NCBI GenBank assembly: GCA_002269645.1
Contig: NIVC01003389.1
Location: 1 to 64,000, forward strand
Source of the DNA: Macrostomum lignano
Lineage: Eukaryota
Direction: 5' to 3'
DNA: 64,000 nt
Every line of letters starts with the position of its first letter. Position 1 is the first letter of the stretch. This document shows, piece after piece, positions 39,001-51,291 of the stretch. The notes beneath the pieces were generated by a model. The model did no database searches, had not been told where the DNA came from, and saw only the letters and a program-made list of their open reading frames with translations. The position numbers and the translations under genes are program-made.

Positions 39001-42000
39001 GCAGCCCGAGCCCCAGCCGCCTCGGTCGCGGCGCCAACGACAACGGCTCGATGGCAACTGAGCTCGCCCGTGTGCGCCGAGAGCGCGACGACCTGCGCGC
39101 CGTGCTGGACCGCTTCGAACGGCACATGGCCGACATTCAGGCCAATGTGCGCGGCCACGCCATTGAGCGGGCAAATCTGCAGCGCGCATTGGAAGACTCA
39201 AAGGTAGGTCGAGTCTGTGTTGGTGGCCTTTGTAATGGCTTTTGGTTGTAGTGAGAGGCGGGGAGAGGTGGGAGAGGCGGGAGAGGTAAGAGAAGCGGGA
39301 GAGGTGAGAGAGTTGAGAGAAGCGGGATAGGTGAGAGAGGCGGGATAGGTGAGAGAGGCGGGAGAGGTGAGAGAAGCGGAGTAGTGAGAGAGTTGAGAGA
39401 AGCGGGAGAGGTGAGAGAGGCGGAAGAGGTGAGAGAGATGAGAGAAGCGGGAGAGGTGAGAGAGGCGGGAGAGGTGAGAGAGGCGGGAGAGGTGAGAGAG
39501 GTGAGAGAAGCGGGAGAGGTGAGAGAGGCGGGAGAAGCGGGAGAGGTGAGAGAGGCGGGAGAGGCGGGAGAAGTGAGAGAGGCGGGAGAGGTGAGAGAAG
39601 CGGGAGAGGTGAGAGAGGCGGGAGAGGTGAGAAAAGCCGGAGAGGTGAGAGAGGCGGGAGAGGTGAGAGAAGCGGGAGAGGGGAGAGAGGCGGGAGAGGT
39701 GAGAAAAGCCGGAGAGGTGAGAGAGGCGGGAGAGGTGAGAGAAGCGGGAGAGGTGAGAGAGGCGGGAGAGGTGAGAGAGATGAGAGAAGCGGGAGAGGTG
39801 AGAGAGGCGGGAGAGGTGAGAGAAGCGGGAGAGGTGAAAGAAGCGGGAGAGGTGAGAGAGGCGGGAGAGGAAGATCTAGACTAGAGGTAAAGAAGCCTGA
39901 TATGGGAGTGAGCTGTAAAATATATTGTAGACAGAAAAATGAGATGGGAGGTATTGTGTAAAAAGAGGAAGGAAGAGGAGTTGCAGGTGGTAGGAGGAGG
40001 TCAGGGGTGTTGATTTATATTTGCTTACAAGTCAGGGACAGACGTGACGGCAGTAGAAATAGGGATGGATCAACATTTAAGGCGCGATAGAGGCATGGAG
40101 AAATGTTTACTGCCGACCGAGTTTCCAGCCGTGCTCAATTCACCACCCGTTGCCGCAGGCTGAGCTGGCCCGGGCTCGCCGGGAGCTCCTGGCCTCTGCC
40201 GGCGCTTCCGCTGCCGCCTCCGCCTCCGGCCCGTCGCTGGCGCCCAGGCCGCGCAGAAGCGGGCCGAGACCGACCGGGACGACGCCCTGGCCGAGCTGCA
40301 GCGGACGGCCAGCGAGCGGACAGCCTGCGGGAGAGGCTGCAGGCTGCCGCCGAGACCGCCTCCGGTGACAGGGCCCTGGAGCAGCGACTCGAGGAGCTCA
40401 TGGCCGCCGCTAGGAAGGTCGGCTCCTGTGCCCTGATGTGCTGCTTTCCCACACTATATCATACACCCTGTCCCACACTATATCCCACACCCTATCCCAC
40501 ACTATATCCCACACTATATCCCACACTATCCCACACTATATCCACACCCTATCCCACACTATATCCCACACCCTATCCCACACTATATCCCACACCCTGT
40601 CCCACACTATATCCCAAACCCTATCCCACACACCCATCCCACACCCTATCCTACACCCGATCCCACACTATATCCCACACCTATCCCACACTATATCCCA
40701 AACCCTATCCCACACTATATCCACACCCTAGCCCACACTATATCCCAAACCCTATCCACACACCCATCCACCCAATCCCATACATCCGCAGGCGGCAGCC
40801 GAGAGAGACGACATGGCCACCGGGCTGCCGCATTCCGGCAGCGCTGCGCAGACGCAGAGGNNNNNNNNNNNNNNNNNNNNNNNNNNNNNNNNNNNNNNNN
40901 NNNNNNNNNNNNNNNNNNNNNNNNNNNNNNNNNNNNNNNNNNNNNNNNNNNNNNNNNNNNNNNNNNNNNNNNNNNNNNNNNNNNNNNNNNNNNNNNNNNN
41001 NNNNNNNNNNNNNNNNNNNNNNNNNNNNNNNNNNNNNNNNNNNNNNNNNNNNNNNNNNNNNNNNNNNNNNNNNNNNNNNNNNNNNNNNNNNNNNNNNNNN
41101 NNNNNNNNNNNNNNNNNNNNNNNNNNNNNNNNNNNNNNNNNNNNNNNNNNNNNNNNNNNNNNNNNNNNNNNNNNNNNNNNNNNNNNNNNNNNNNNNNNNN
41201 NNNNNNNNNNNNNNNNNNNNNNNNNNNNNNNNNNNNNNNNNNNNNNNNNNNNNNNNNNNNNNNNNNNNNNNNNNNNNNNNNNNNNNNNNNNNNNNNNNNN
41301 NNNNNNNNNNNNNNNNNNNNNNNNNNNNNNNNNNNNNNNNNNNNNNNNNNNNNNNNNNNNNNNNNNNNNNNNNNNNNNNNNNNNNNNNNNNNNNNNNNNN
41401 NNNNNNNNGAGCGCAGAGGCCTGCGGGGACTGTCGCAGTTCGAGGAGGCGCTGCTGCTCCGGGGGCACCCACCGCCGTTGCCGTGGTCGAGCTGGACCAT
41501 CGGCATCAGCATGCGCCGCAGGGGAAACAGCAGGGGCAGCAGCAGAGACACCCCGGACCCGTTGCTAATGGCGACAGTTTCAGCTCAGCGAATCCTGATG
41601 TGCATCGGCTGTCGCAGCAGGTGGCCAGGCTGGAGGCTGCCGGTAAGACTGCAGTTGCTGTGTCAGCCTCCCAGATCCTCAGTTGCTGTGCCTGCCAGCC
41701 TCCCAGATCCTCAGTTGCTGTGCCTGCCAGCCTCCCAGATCCTCAGTTGCAGGGTCAGCCTCCCAGATCCTCAGTTGCAGGGCCAGCCTCCCAGATCCTC
41801 AGTTGCAGGGCCAGCCTCCCAGATCCTCAGTTGCAGGGCCAGCCTCCCAGATCCTCAGTTGCAGGGCCAGGGCCACCCTCCCAGATCCTCAGTTTCAGGG
41901 CCAGCCTCCCAGATCCTCAGTTTCAGGGCCACCCTCCCAGATCCTCAGTTTCAGGGCCACCCTCCCAGATCCTCAGTTGCAGGGCCACCCTCCCAGATCC

Positions 42001-45000
42001 TCAGTTTCAGGGCCAGCCTCTCAGATCCTCAGTTGCAGAACCACTCTCCCAGATCCTCAGTTTCAGGGCCAGCCCCCAGATCCTCAGTTGCTGGGCCACA
42101 GCCTCCCAGATCCTCAGTTTCAGGGCCACCCTCCCAGATCCTCAGTTGCAGGGCCACCCTCCCAGATCCTCAGTTTCCGGGCCAGCCTCTCAGATCCTCA
42201 GTTGCAGGGCCACTCTCCCAGATCCTCAGTTTCAGGGCCAGCCCCCCAGATCCTCAGTTGCTGGGCCACAGCCTCCCAGATCCTCAGTTGCAGGGCCAGC
42301 CTCCCAGATCCTCAGTTGCTGGACCAGCCTCTCAGATCCTGGGACTAATTAAACAGTCATATAGTTCAAAAGTTTAGCAGCAGAAAGCACTTAATTGTGC
42401 TTTGACCTCTTGTCATTTAGTCAGAGTCGAAGTGCAATTTGCATTTAGAAGGCTTTCAAATACTTTTTCAATTTTCATGAATCTCGAGATCTCTGCCCCC
42501 CCCCCCTGCGCGCAGTCTGACAGTCTCCAAGCTTTGCTGTTTTTTTTATTTATCCAAGTTTGCTTTGCTAGCTGGCTGTATACGGGAAGATGCGTTATGA
42601 AATGCTATGAAAACTCTGCGATACCCATAGATCTCTGTGGCTCTGTTAGACAGAATGGCCTGAGGGCCAGGAATTTGTTTTCATATTAAATCAACAGCAT
42701 AGACTCGGGGCTGCGGCTACAATGAGGGCTGGGCTATGCTGGGAGAGACTTGGGTTCGACATGGATGGAGGGTGCCGGTGCGTCTACCTTTGCATTTTTT
42801 GCTGCCTGCTCAAGTGCAAATGCGGTCCGCCCCCATGCAGAAAGTAGACAGAGAGTTGGGGGAGAGAGAGAAGGTTTAAACTGGTGGCATGGAGATATTA
42901 ATGCGCAGTTATCTTGGCTTACCCCCCCCCCCTGACTGGGCCTCTGTGTGCGCACCTGCCTTAACTGTCTTCTGAATGAACCCATTTTTTACCTTGGCCC
43001 ACACTCACTGTCTGCTCCTTCCCACCAATACCTTTGCCCTGAGTTCTGCCCCTCTGCCCGCTTCCTGTTGCTAAGCCCACTAGCTGTCACTGAAATGGAG
43101 TCCGCCTTTCATTCTCTGACCAAAAAACACGGGGCGGGCGGGCGCGCTCTCTCGCCAAAGGGGGGCAGGGCTGCTGCCTGTGCGGCGTGTACTTCGCCTC
43201 TCTACCGTTGCCTCTCGCCTGCCCCCTCCTTCCCTTCCTCCCTCTCTTGTCTGAGGTGGTTGGCTTTCTTTTTTAGTTGCAGCAGAAAGTGTGCGTGTGT
43301 GTGTGTGTAGCTTATCAGGCACCCCTCTTAAATTTACAGCCTGCATTTTTGCCACCTCCCCCTCCCGAGTACCCCTGGCACCCGCCCCCAGCTCATCTCA
43401 TCTGACTCTCTCCATTAATAAGGTCCGAATGCTTCTCACACCCGATTTAGTCCGCTTCTAAAAAGGGCCGCGTATTGAAATTGAAATCTAACAATTTGCT
43501 TGTCAGAGCGACAGCTCGAGTCTCAGCTAGTCCAACTCAAACAGCCAGCTCGAGGCGAAGACGCAGCGACGAAGAGTCCGCTTGGCTGGACAGTTTCGCT
43601 GCTGTCCGAAGCAATTTGAGACGATCTCGCAGCTTCAGAGACTCGACAGCATCGGCAGGCTCTGGTGCAGCTGGTTACTATCAGCATTTTGACTGGGCAG
43701 CAACTCAGGACGCCAGCATGATGCGAGCTTCGACTCCAGCTGCTGCTGAGGACAATCGCCATCGTCAGGGTCGGACGGCCGAGAAGTCTGCGGCGGCGCC
43801 TCCTGCGAGGTTGTATAGTGCCAAGGTGAGGCAGTGTGTCTGAGCTGGTATCACTTCTGTGTCTGAGCTGGTATCACTTCTGTGTCTGAGCTGGTATCAC
43901 TTGTGTGTCTGAGCTGGTATCACTTCTGTATCTGAGCTGGTATCACTTGTGTGTCTGAGCTAGTATCACTTCTGTATCTGAGCTGGTATCACTTCTGTGT
44001 CTGAGCTGGTATCACTTCTGTGTCTGAGCTGGTATCACTTGTGTGTCTGAGATGGTGTCATCCCCCTGTTAGAGCTGGAATCACCCTTGTGTTGTTGGAG
44101 TTGGCATCAGTTCGCCTCTGCCGCGCCACCACCCGCAGGATGCCGCTGCCCGCAGCCCGAGCCCCAGCCGCCTCGGTCGCGGCGCCAACGACAACGGCTC
44201 GATGGCAACTGAGCTCGCCCGTGTGCGCCGAGAGCGCGACGACCTGCGCGCCGTGCTGGACCGCTTCGAACGGCACATGGCCGACATTCAGGCCAATGTG
44301 CGCGGCCACGCCATTGAGCGGGCAAATCTGCAGCGCGCATTGGAAGACTCAAAGGTAGGTCGAGTCTGTGTTGGTGGCCTTTGTAATGGCTTTTGGTTGT
44401 AGTGAGAGGCGGGGAGAGGTGGGAGAGGCGGGAGAGGTAAGAGAAGCGGGAGAGGTGAGAGAGTTGAGAGAAGCGGGATAGGTGAGAGAGGCGGGATAGG
44501 TGAGAGAGGCGGGAGAGGTGAGAGAAGCGGGAGTAGTGAGAGAGTTGAGAGAAGCGGGAGAGGTGAGAGAGGCGGAAGAGGTGAGAGAGATGAGAGAAGC
44601 GGGAGAGGTGAGAGAGGCGGGAGAGGTGAGAGAGGCGGGAGAGGTGAGAGAGGTGAGAGAAGCGGGAGAGGTGAGAGAGGCGGGAGAAGCGGGAGAGGTG
44701 AGAGAGGCGGGAGAGGCGGGAGAAGTGAGAGAGGCGGGAGAGGTGAGAGAAGCGGGAGAGGTGAGAGAGGCGGGAGAGGTGAGAAAAGCCGGAGAGGTGA
44801 GAGAGGCGGGAGAGGTGAGAGAAGCGGGAGAGGGGAGAGAGGCGGGAGAGGTGAGAAAAGCCGGAGAGGTGAGAGAGGCGGGAGAGGTGAGAGAAGCGGG
44901 AGAGGTGAGAGAGGCGGGAGAGGTGAGAGAGATGAGAGAAGCGGGAGAGGTGAGAGAGGCGGGAGAGGTGAGAGAAGCGGGAGAGGTGAAAGAAGCGGGA

Positions 45001-48000
45001 GAGGTGAGAGAGGCGGGAGAGGAAGATCTAGACTAGAGGTAAAGAAGCCTGATATGGGAGTGAGCTGTAAAATATATTGTAGACAGAAAAATGAGATGGG
45101 AGGTATTGTGTAAAAAGAGGAAGGAAGAGGAGTTGCAGGTGGTAGGAGGAGGTCAGGGGTGTTGATTTATATTTGCTTACAAGTCAGGGACAGACGTGAC
45201 GGCAGTAGAAATAGGGATGGATCAACATTTAAGGCGCGATAGAGGCATGGAGAAATGTTTACTGCCGGACCGAGTTTCCAGCCGTGCTCAATTCACCACC
45301 CGTTGCCGCAGGCTGAGCTGGCCCGGGCTCGCCGGGAGCTCCTGGCCTCTGCCGGCGCTTCCGCTGCCGCCTCCGCCTCCGGCCCGTCGCTGGCCGCCCA
45401 GGCCGCGCAGAAGCGGGCCGAGACCGACCGGGACGACGCCCTGGCCGAGCTGCAGCGGACGGCCAGCGAGCGGGACAGCCTGCGGGAGAGGCTGCAGGCT
45501 GCCGCCGAGACCGCCTCCGGTGACAGGGCCCGGCTGGAGCAGCGACTCGAGGAGCTCATGGCCGCCGCTAGGAAGGTCGGCTCCTGTGCCCTGATGTGCT
45601 GCTTTCCCACACTATATCATACACCCTGTCCCACACTATATCCCACACCCTATCCCACACTATATCCCACACTATATCCCACACCCTATCCCACACTATA
45701 TCCCACACCCTATCCCACACTATATCCCACACCCTATCCCACACTATATCCCACACCCTGTCCCACACTATATCCCAAACCCTATCCCACACACCCATCC
45801 CACACCCTATCCTACACCCGATCCCACACTATATCCCACACCCTATCCCACACTATATCCCAAACCCTATCCCACACTATATCCCACACCCTAGCCCACA
45901 CTATATCCCAAACCCTATCCCACACACCCATCCCACACCCAATCCCATACATCCGCAGGCGGCAGCCGAGAGAGACGACATGGCCACCCGGGCTGCCGCA
46001 TTCCGGCAGCGCTGCGCAGACGCAGAGGAGCAGCTGAAGATGGCGCAGCGCTGTCTGGCTGAGCGCTCTGAGGCCGCCGCCGAGGCGAACGCCGCCCAGG
46101 AGGCCGCCGCGGCCGCCGCCGACGCCGCCCAGCGCCAGTGCCGGCAGCTGCAGGCGGAGGCCACCGAGGCCAGGGAGGCCGCAAACGAGCTGGACGATCA
46201 GTGCGGCCGCGCCCAGAGGGAACTGCGCGCCGCCCGCGAGGAGCGCGAAGAGATGCGCCGCAGTATCGCCTCGCTGCAGGTTAGGCGGGGTTGATGCTGA
46301 GGTTCTCTAGCTCGATACCTGGTTTATGAGGACCTGGCAGAGATTCTCTTAACTGCTCCGCATTCTCAACACCAGAGAGGCGGACTGGACATTCCTCACT
46401 TTGCATATCTGAGGTTGTCTACTAACGAGTAGTGCAAAAAGAAAGTTATTAACTAAAGTTGCGAATTCGATTCTCATTTAAGAGAGACTCCACCGTGCGA
46501 AATCTATTGGCTGGTAGCAGTTGTTTTGAATTTCCTTAACTTTCTATCTCAGATTATTAAAATGAGTTGCCGCATAGTGAGGGGCTGGTGAGTCTGGTGA
46601 CTAGCATAGATCTGTTTAAATGCACCTATGTCAGAGAATTCTACAATTTTCTAGAATGCCCACGAGGGAGAGAGGAGGGGTGAGAGGAGAGCAGAAGTTT
46701 CAAAGGACCCGAGGGCCGGATAGAAAGGCTTCGCGGGCCGGATTTTGCCGACTCCTGTTCTAAGAGTGCATGCTTCATCACTGCTTGATGCCCTCCTCAC
46801 CTGGCAGAATGAGAAGGCGGCCGCCGAGTCCTCAGCGAAGGACCGCAGCGACCGGATCCGCAGCCTGGAGGCGGAGGCGCGGGCCGCGGCAGCCGAGGCG
46901 GCGGAAGCTCGCGCCGAAGCGGCCGAAGCCGGCCAGGCCTGCGAGCGGACGCGCAATCAGGCGGCTGCGCGCGAGGCCGAGCTGCGCCAGGCCGCCACGG
47001 ATGCCGCTGCCGCCGAGCGCCGGCGCACGGAGGCGGCCGCTTCTGACGCGGCGCGCATGCGCGAGGATCTGTCCGCCGCGGCGCGGGAGATTCGCGCATT
47101 GCGCGGCGAACTGCAAGCGGCTCGGGAGGAGCGCGAAGAGCTTCTGGCCCGGCTGGCGCAGGAGTCGCGCCGCACCGAGGAGGCCACCGAGGCTGGCGCC
47201 GAGTTGCGCGAGCGCTGCCGCGCCATCAGCGCCGAAGCGGAGCGAAACCGCGCCGAGGCCGCCACAGAAAACGGCGCCCTTCGGCAGCATCTGGCGGCGC
47301 GCGACGCCGAGCTGGCCAGGGCGCGGGAGCGCGCCAACAACGGCGAGGCGGAGGCGCAGGAAGCGCGGCGCTCAGCGGCGGACTTGGCGGCAAAGGTCGA
47401 CACGCTGGAGAGGTCGCTGCGCGAGGCGCAGGATTCGGCGAGGAGGCAGCACGGCGAGCTTCAGGTTGGTGTTGACGCTTGCTTGCGCCTCTGCCTTGAT
47501 GCTGGGCCAGCCTCCCAAATCCCCTCAGTTGCTGTGACAGCCTCCCAGATCCTCAGATTCTGGGCCAGCCTCCCAAATCCCCTTAGTTGCTGTGACAGCC
47601 TCCCAGATCCTCAGTTGCTGGGCCATCGCCACTTTCCAAGACCAAGCAGTGTAGGTCAGCGGTGATGCGTCCAAATCACGCGCCTAAGTCTCCGAATCCG
47701 TGCGCAGTCAACTCCCGTCCGCCTCCCCTTCAGGCCGCCTTTGCCGACCTGGCCGCCCTGCGCGATCTGTGCGCCCAGCTGGAGGCCGACAAAGAGCGGC
47801 TGGAGGCGGACAAAGACCAGCTGGAAGCAGAGCGCGGAGAACTCGAATCGGAGCGTGAGCAGCTAGCCGGCCAGCTGTCCGAGATTTCGGACACGTCCGG
47901 CCGGACGGAGGCAGCGCTGGCTGACGAGCGCGAGGCCCGGCTGGGTCTGGCCGGAGCCCTGGCCGAGTGCCGCGACGAGGCCGCCCGCTGCCGGGCCGCC

Positions 48001-50008
48001 GCCCAGGAGGCCGAGTCAGACGCAGAGCGCGAGCGCGAGCGCGCCGACGCCGCCGAGGCCCGCGCCGACGCCGGCGCCCGCGAGACCGGCCGACTTCGCT
48101 CCCGCTGCGCCGAGCTCGAAGCCGAGAGCGAGCGGCTGGCGCGGCTGCTCTGCGCCGAGCGCTTCGAGCGGGAGCGGCTGGCGGCTAGGATTGGCGCCGC
48201 GGCCAGGTAGCTTTGATTGAGATGCTCTGGTAGTGTAGACTGAGAGTAGATTCTATAGTTTAAGATTAGATTCCGTAGTGTGAGATTAGATTCTTTTTTC
48301 ATTTTTAGTATATGGATAGTGTGAGATTAGATTCTATAGTGTGAGATTAGATTCCGTAGTGTGGTATAAGATTCTATAGGGTCCGTACTGTGAGATTAGA
48401 TTCTATAGTGTGAGATTAGATTCTTTAGTGTGGTATTGGATTATATAGTGTGGGATTAGATTCCGTAGTGTGGGATTAGATTCTATAGGGTCCGTACTGT
48501 GAGATTAGATTCTATAGTGTGAGATTAGATTCCATAGTGTGGGATTAGATTCTATAGGGTCCGTACTGTGAGATTGGATTCTATAGTGTGAGATTTAGAT
48601 TCTATAGTGTGAGATTTAGATTCTATAGTGTGGGATTAGATTCTATAGTGTGGGATTAGATTCTATAGTGTGGGATTAGATTCTATAGTGTGGGATTAGA
48701 TTCTATAGTGTGGGATTAGATTCTATAGTGTGGGATTAGATTCTATAGTGTGGGATTAGATTCTATAGTGTGGGATTAGATTCTATAGTGTGGGATTAGA
48801 TTCTATAGTGTGAGATTTAGATTCTATAGTGTGGGATTAGATTCTATAGTGTGGGATTAGATTCTATAGTGTGAGATTTAGATTCTATAGTGTGGGATTA
48901 GATTCTATAGTGTGAGATTTAGATTCTATAGTGTGGGATTTAGATTCTATAGTGTGGGATTAGATTCTATAGTGTGGGATTAGATTCTATAGTGTGGGAT
49001 TAGATTCTATAGTGTGAGATTTAGATTCTATAGAGTGAGATTTAGATTCTATAGGGTGAGATTTAGATTCTATAGTGTGGGATTAGATTCTATAGTGTGA
49101 GATTTAGATTCTATAGAGTGAGATTTAGATTCTATAGTGTGGGATTAGATTCTATAGTGTGAGATTTAGATTCTATAGAGTGAGATTTAGATTCTATAGT
49201 GTGGGATTAGATTCTATAGTGTGGGATTAGATTCTATAGTGTGGGATTAGATTCTATAGTGTGGGATTAGATTCTATAGTGTGAGATTTAGATTCTATAG
49301 AGTGAGATTTAGATTCTATAGGGTGAGATTTAGATTCTATAGTGTGGGATTAGATTCTATAGTGTGGGATTAGATTCTATAGTGTGGGATTAGATTCTAT
49401 AGTGTGAGATTTAGATTCTATAGAGTGAGATTTAGATTCTATAGTGTGGGATTAGATTCTATAGTGTGGGATTAGATTCTATAGTGTGAGATTTAGATTC
49501 TATAGTGTGAGATTTAGATTCTATAGGGTGAGATTTAGATTCTATAGTGTGGGATTAGATTCTATAGTGTGGGATTAGATTCTATAGTGTGGGATTAGAT
49601 TCTATAGTGTGGGATTAGATTCTATAGTGTGAGATTTAGATTCTATAGTGTGAGATTTAGATTCTATAGGGTGAGATTTAGATTCTATAGTGTGGGATTA
49701 GATTCTATAGTGTGGGATTAGATTCTATAGTGTGGGATTAGATTCTATAGTGTGAGATTTAGATTCTATAGAGTGAGATTTAGATTCTATAGTGTGGGAT
49801 TAGATTCTATAGTGTGGTTCCACAATCTGCTGATTCCACAATCACAACAAATGGAGTGGAATCAGCAGATCAGATCCCATCTCACCCCCATTGCAGGGCC
49901 GCCTCCCCAGCCCGCTTCTCAGCCTCAGGCCAGCAGCAGCAGAGGTCCGGCGGCAGCTCCCGAGCCCAGAGCCCCATGGGCCGCCGTTACGAAGATGAAG
50001 ATTTCTAA
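35980..50008 (+). CDS. CEP135: CEP135/TSGA10-family coiled-coil protein, multi-exon gene model (span includes a probable false duplication and an N gap)
   Basis: Phase-compatible GT-AG exons: 35980-36021, 36190-36493, 38355-38674, 38988-39203, 45312-45575, 45959-46279, 46808-47464, 47734-48206, 49897-50008. Family-like motifs: RRERDDLRAVLDRFERHMADIQANV, KRAETDRDDA..ERDSLRERLQAAAETASGDRARLEQRLEEL, LRDLCAQLEADK. CEP135 versus TSGA10 is unresolved. Confidence 0.8.
36190..36493 (+). CDS. CEP135/TSGA10-like exon
   Basis: CAG acceptor, open frame ERKRHQDS...VARLEAA, GTAAG donor (phase 1). Confidence 0.7.
36515..37188. repeat. 28-bp intronic minisatellite (copy at 41663-42340; related short array at 47503-47625)
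   Basis: Tandem CCTCCCAGATCCTCAGTT(G/T)CAGGGCCA(G/C) units. Confidence 0.95.
38355..38674 (+). CDS. CEP135/TSGA10-like exon
   Basis: TCAG acceptor, ERQLESQLVQLK...LYSAK, GTGAG donor. Confidence 0.75.
38683..38900. repeat. 23-bp intronic minisatellite (copy at about 43834-44051)
   Basis: Tandem TGTGTCTGAGCTGGTATCACTT(C/G) units. Confidence 0.95.
38988..39203 (+). CDS. CEP135/TSGA10-like exon (conserved RERDDL...DIQANV)
   Basis: GCAG acceptor, family motif, GTAGG donor. Confidence 0.85.
39252..39870. repeat. 18-bp purine-rich intronic minisatellite (copy at about 44403-45021)
   Basis: Tandem GAGAGGTGAGAGA(G/A)GCGG units. Confidence 0.95.
40159..40417 (+). CDS. CEP135/TSGA10-like exon, error-containing copy next to the gap
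   Basis: Same as 45312-45575 but 5 nt shorter (two 1-nt and one 3-nt deletion), giving frameshifts. Confidence 0.6.
40444..40785. repeat. TATCCCACAC-based intronic satellite (copy at about 45602-45952)
   Basis: Tandem 11-13-bp CCCACACTATAT / CCCACACCCTAT units. Confidence 0.9.
40861..41408. other. assembly gap (548 N)
   Basis: Run of N. Confidence 1.
41409..46028. other. near-identical second copy of 36260-40860, probable contig-overlap artefact
   Basis: Exons, introns and minisatellites are nearly base-identical. Differences are almost all small indels, e.g. a 1-nt deletion near 43566 that frameshifts the 43507-43825 exon copy. Confidence 0.85.
45312..45575 (+). CDS. CEP135/TSGA10-like exon (intact copy)
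   Basis: 88 codons, AELARARRELL...LEQRLEELMAAARK, AG/GT bounded. Confidence 0.85.
45959..46279 (+). CDS. CEP135/TSGA10-like coiled-coil exon
   Basis: 107 codons, AAAERDDMATR...SIASLQ, AG/GT bounded. Confidence 0.8.
46808..47464 (+). CDS. CEP135/TSGA10-like coiled-coil exon
   Basis: 219 codons, NEKAAAESS...QHGELQ, AG/GT bounded. Confidence 0.8.
47734..48206 (+). CDS. CEP135/TSGA10-like coiled-coil exon
   Basis: AAFADLAALRDLCAQLEADK...LCAERFERERL, GTAG donor (phase 2). Confidence 0.8.
48236..49817. repeat. 20/21-bp intronic minisatellite, about 1.6 kb
   Basis: Tandem GATTAGATTCTATAGTGTG(G/A) units. Confidence 0.95.
49897..50008 (+). CDS. putative terminal exon (RAASPARF...YEDEDF*)
   Basis: TTGCAG acceptor fits phase 2; the stop TAA overlaps AATAAA. 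Confidence 0.65.
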
Positions 50009-50634
50009 TAAAATCGATTTTTAGCACCAAATCATCTAACAGTCTGTCTGCACTTCCTGCCCGCCTGACCTCCGCTGGATCCGTGCTCATCTCCCCCTAC
50101 TCAATGGAGCGTTGATCCGCCACTGCCCATAGTTTAACACTACTAGATTAAGTAGTATGTACGCTGAGGAGAATCTATGTATTTTTAATAATTATTTATA
50201 CATGTGATAGTTCTAAATAAATTTTGTCGCCCAGCACTACTCATAGTAGGTAAAAAAATTAAAATTGCGGAAAAAAGTTTGAAATCTTTAGGCTTCAGAT
50301 TCTCATAATTAAATAGAATTATTGACATTTCCGTCCAGATTTTTATTCAGTGTCTTAATGAACTTTATCAATATTTTCAGTCTATCTTTTATGTCTGTGT
50401 CGGCATTGATATGTCGGATTTTTATGTAACTGCTTTTTGTCTGGCTGGCTGGATATGAAATACATTGTTTACATTTCTCATATATATATGCAGAGGCGCT
50501 TTGCAGACAAATTGTCTTTGAATAATCAGATTGTGTACTTTAGTAGCAAGGCTGAGTAGCTTTAGACTGAGTGCATCCAGTAATGTTACTCGTGCAATTA
50601 TAGAGCAATATTTTGTTAGTATCATAATTTTATC

Positions 50635-51240
50635 AGATTAGATCAAGTTGATCGGTCTTGTTATCATGAGATTAGATCAAACTGAGATCCTATTATCATG
50701 AGATTAGATCAAACTGACATCCTATTATCATGAAATTAAATCAAGCTGAGATCCTATTATCATGAGATTAGATCAAACAGATCCTATTATCATGAGATTA
50801 GATCAAACAGATCCTATTATCATGAGATTAGATCAAACAGCTCCTATTATCATGAGATTAGATGAAACAGATCCTATTATCATGACATTAGATGAAACAG
50901 ATCCTATTATCATGAGATTAGATCAAACAGCTCCTATTATGATGAGATTAGATCAAACAGCTATTATCATGAGATTAGATCAAGCTGAGGTCTTGTTATC
51001 ATGAGATTATATCAAACTGAGATCCTTTTTTCATGAGATTAGATCAAGCTGAGGTCTTATTATCATGAGATCATATCAAACTGAGATCCTATTATCATAG
51101 ATTAGATCAAGCTGAGGTCTTGTTATCATAAGATTAGATCAAACTGAGATCCTTTCTCATGAGATTAGATCAAGCTGTGGCCTTGTTATCATGAGATTAG
51201 ATTCACTACAGAGCCCATTAGCATGAGATTAGATCCCAGT
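50635..51240. repeat. 30-bp intergenic minisatellite
   Basis: Tandem ATCATGAGATTAGATCAAAC(A/T)GATCCTATT units. Confidence 0.9.
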
Positions 51241-51291
51241 AGGGCCCCTGCCAGTCAGTCAGCTGTGCAGCTCCGCATTGGCCCGCAGCAA

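Noticed and set aside
39384-39884. REAGEV-repeat coiled-coil-like ORF (also 44500-45036)
   Set aside because: Lies in an intron, is separated from the exon by a stop, and is just the 18-bp array.
36260-46028. Tandem duplication of four to five exons of the CEP135/TSGA10-like gene
   Set aside because: The copies flank an N gap and are nearly identical even in fast-evolving minisatellites. They differ mostly by small indels, with each copy frameshifted in a different exon. This fits unmerged overlapping contig ends; read depth (1x versus 2x) would settle it.
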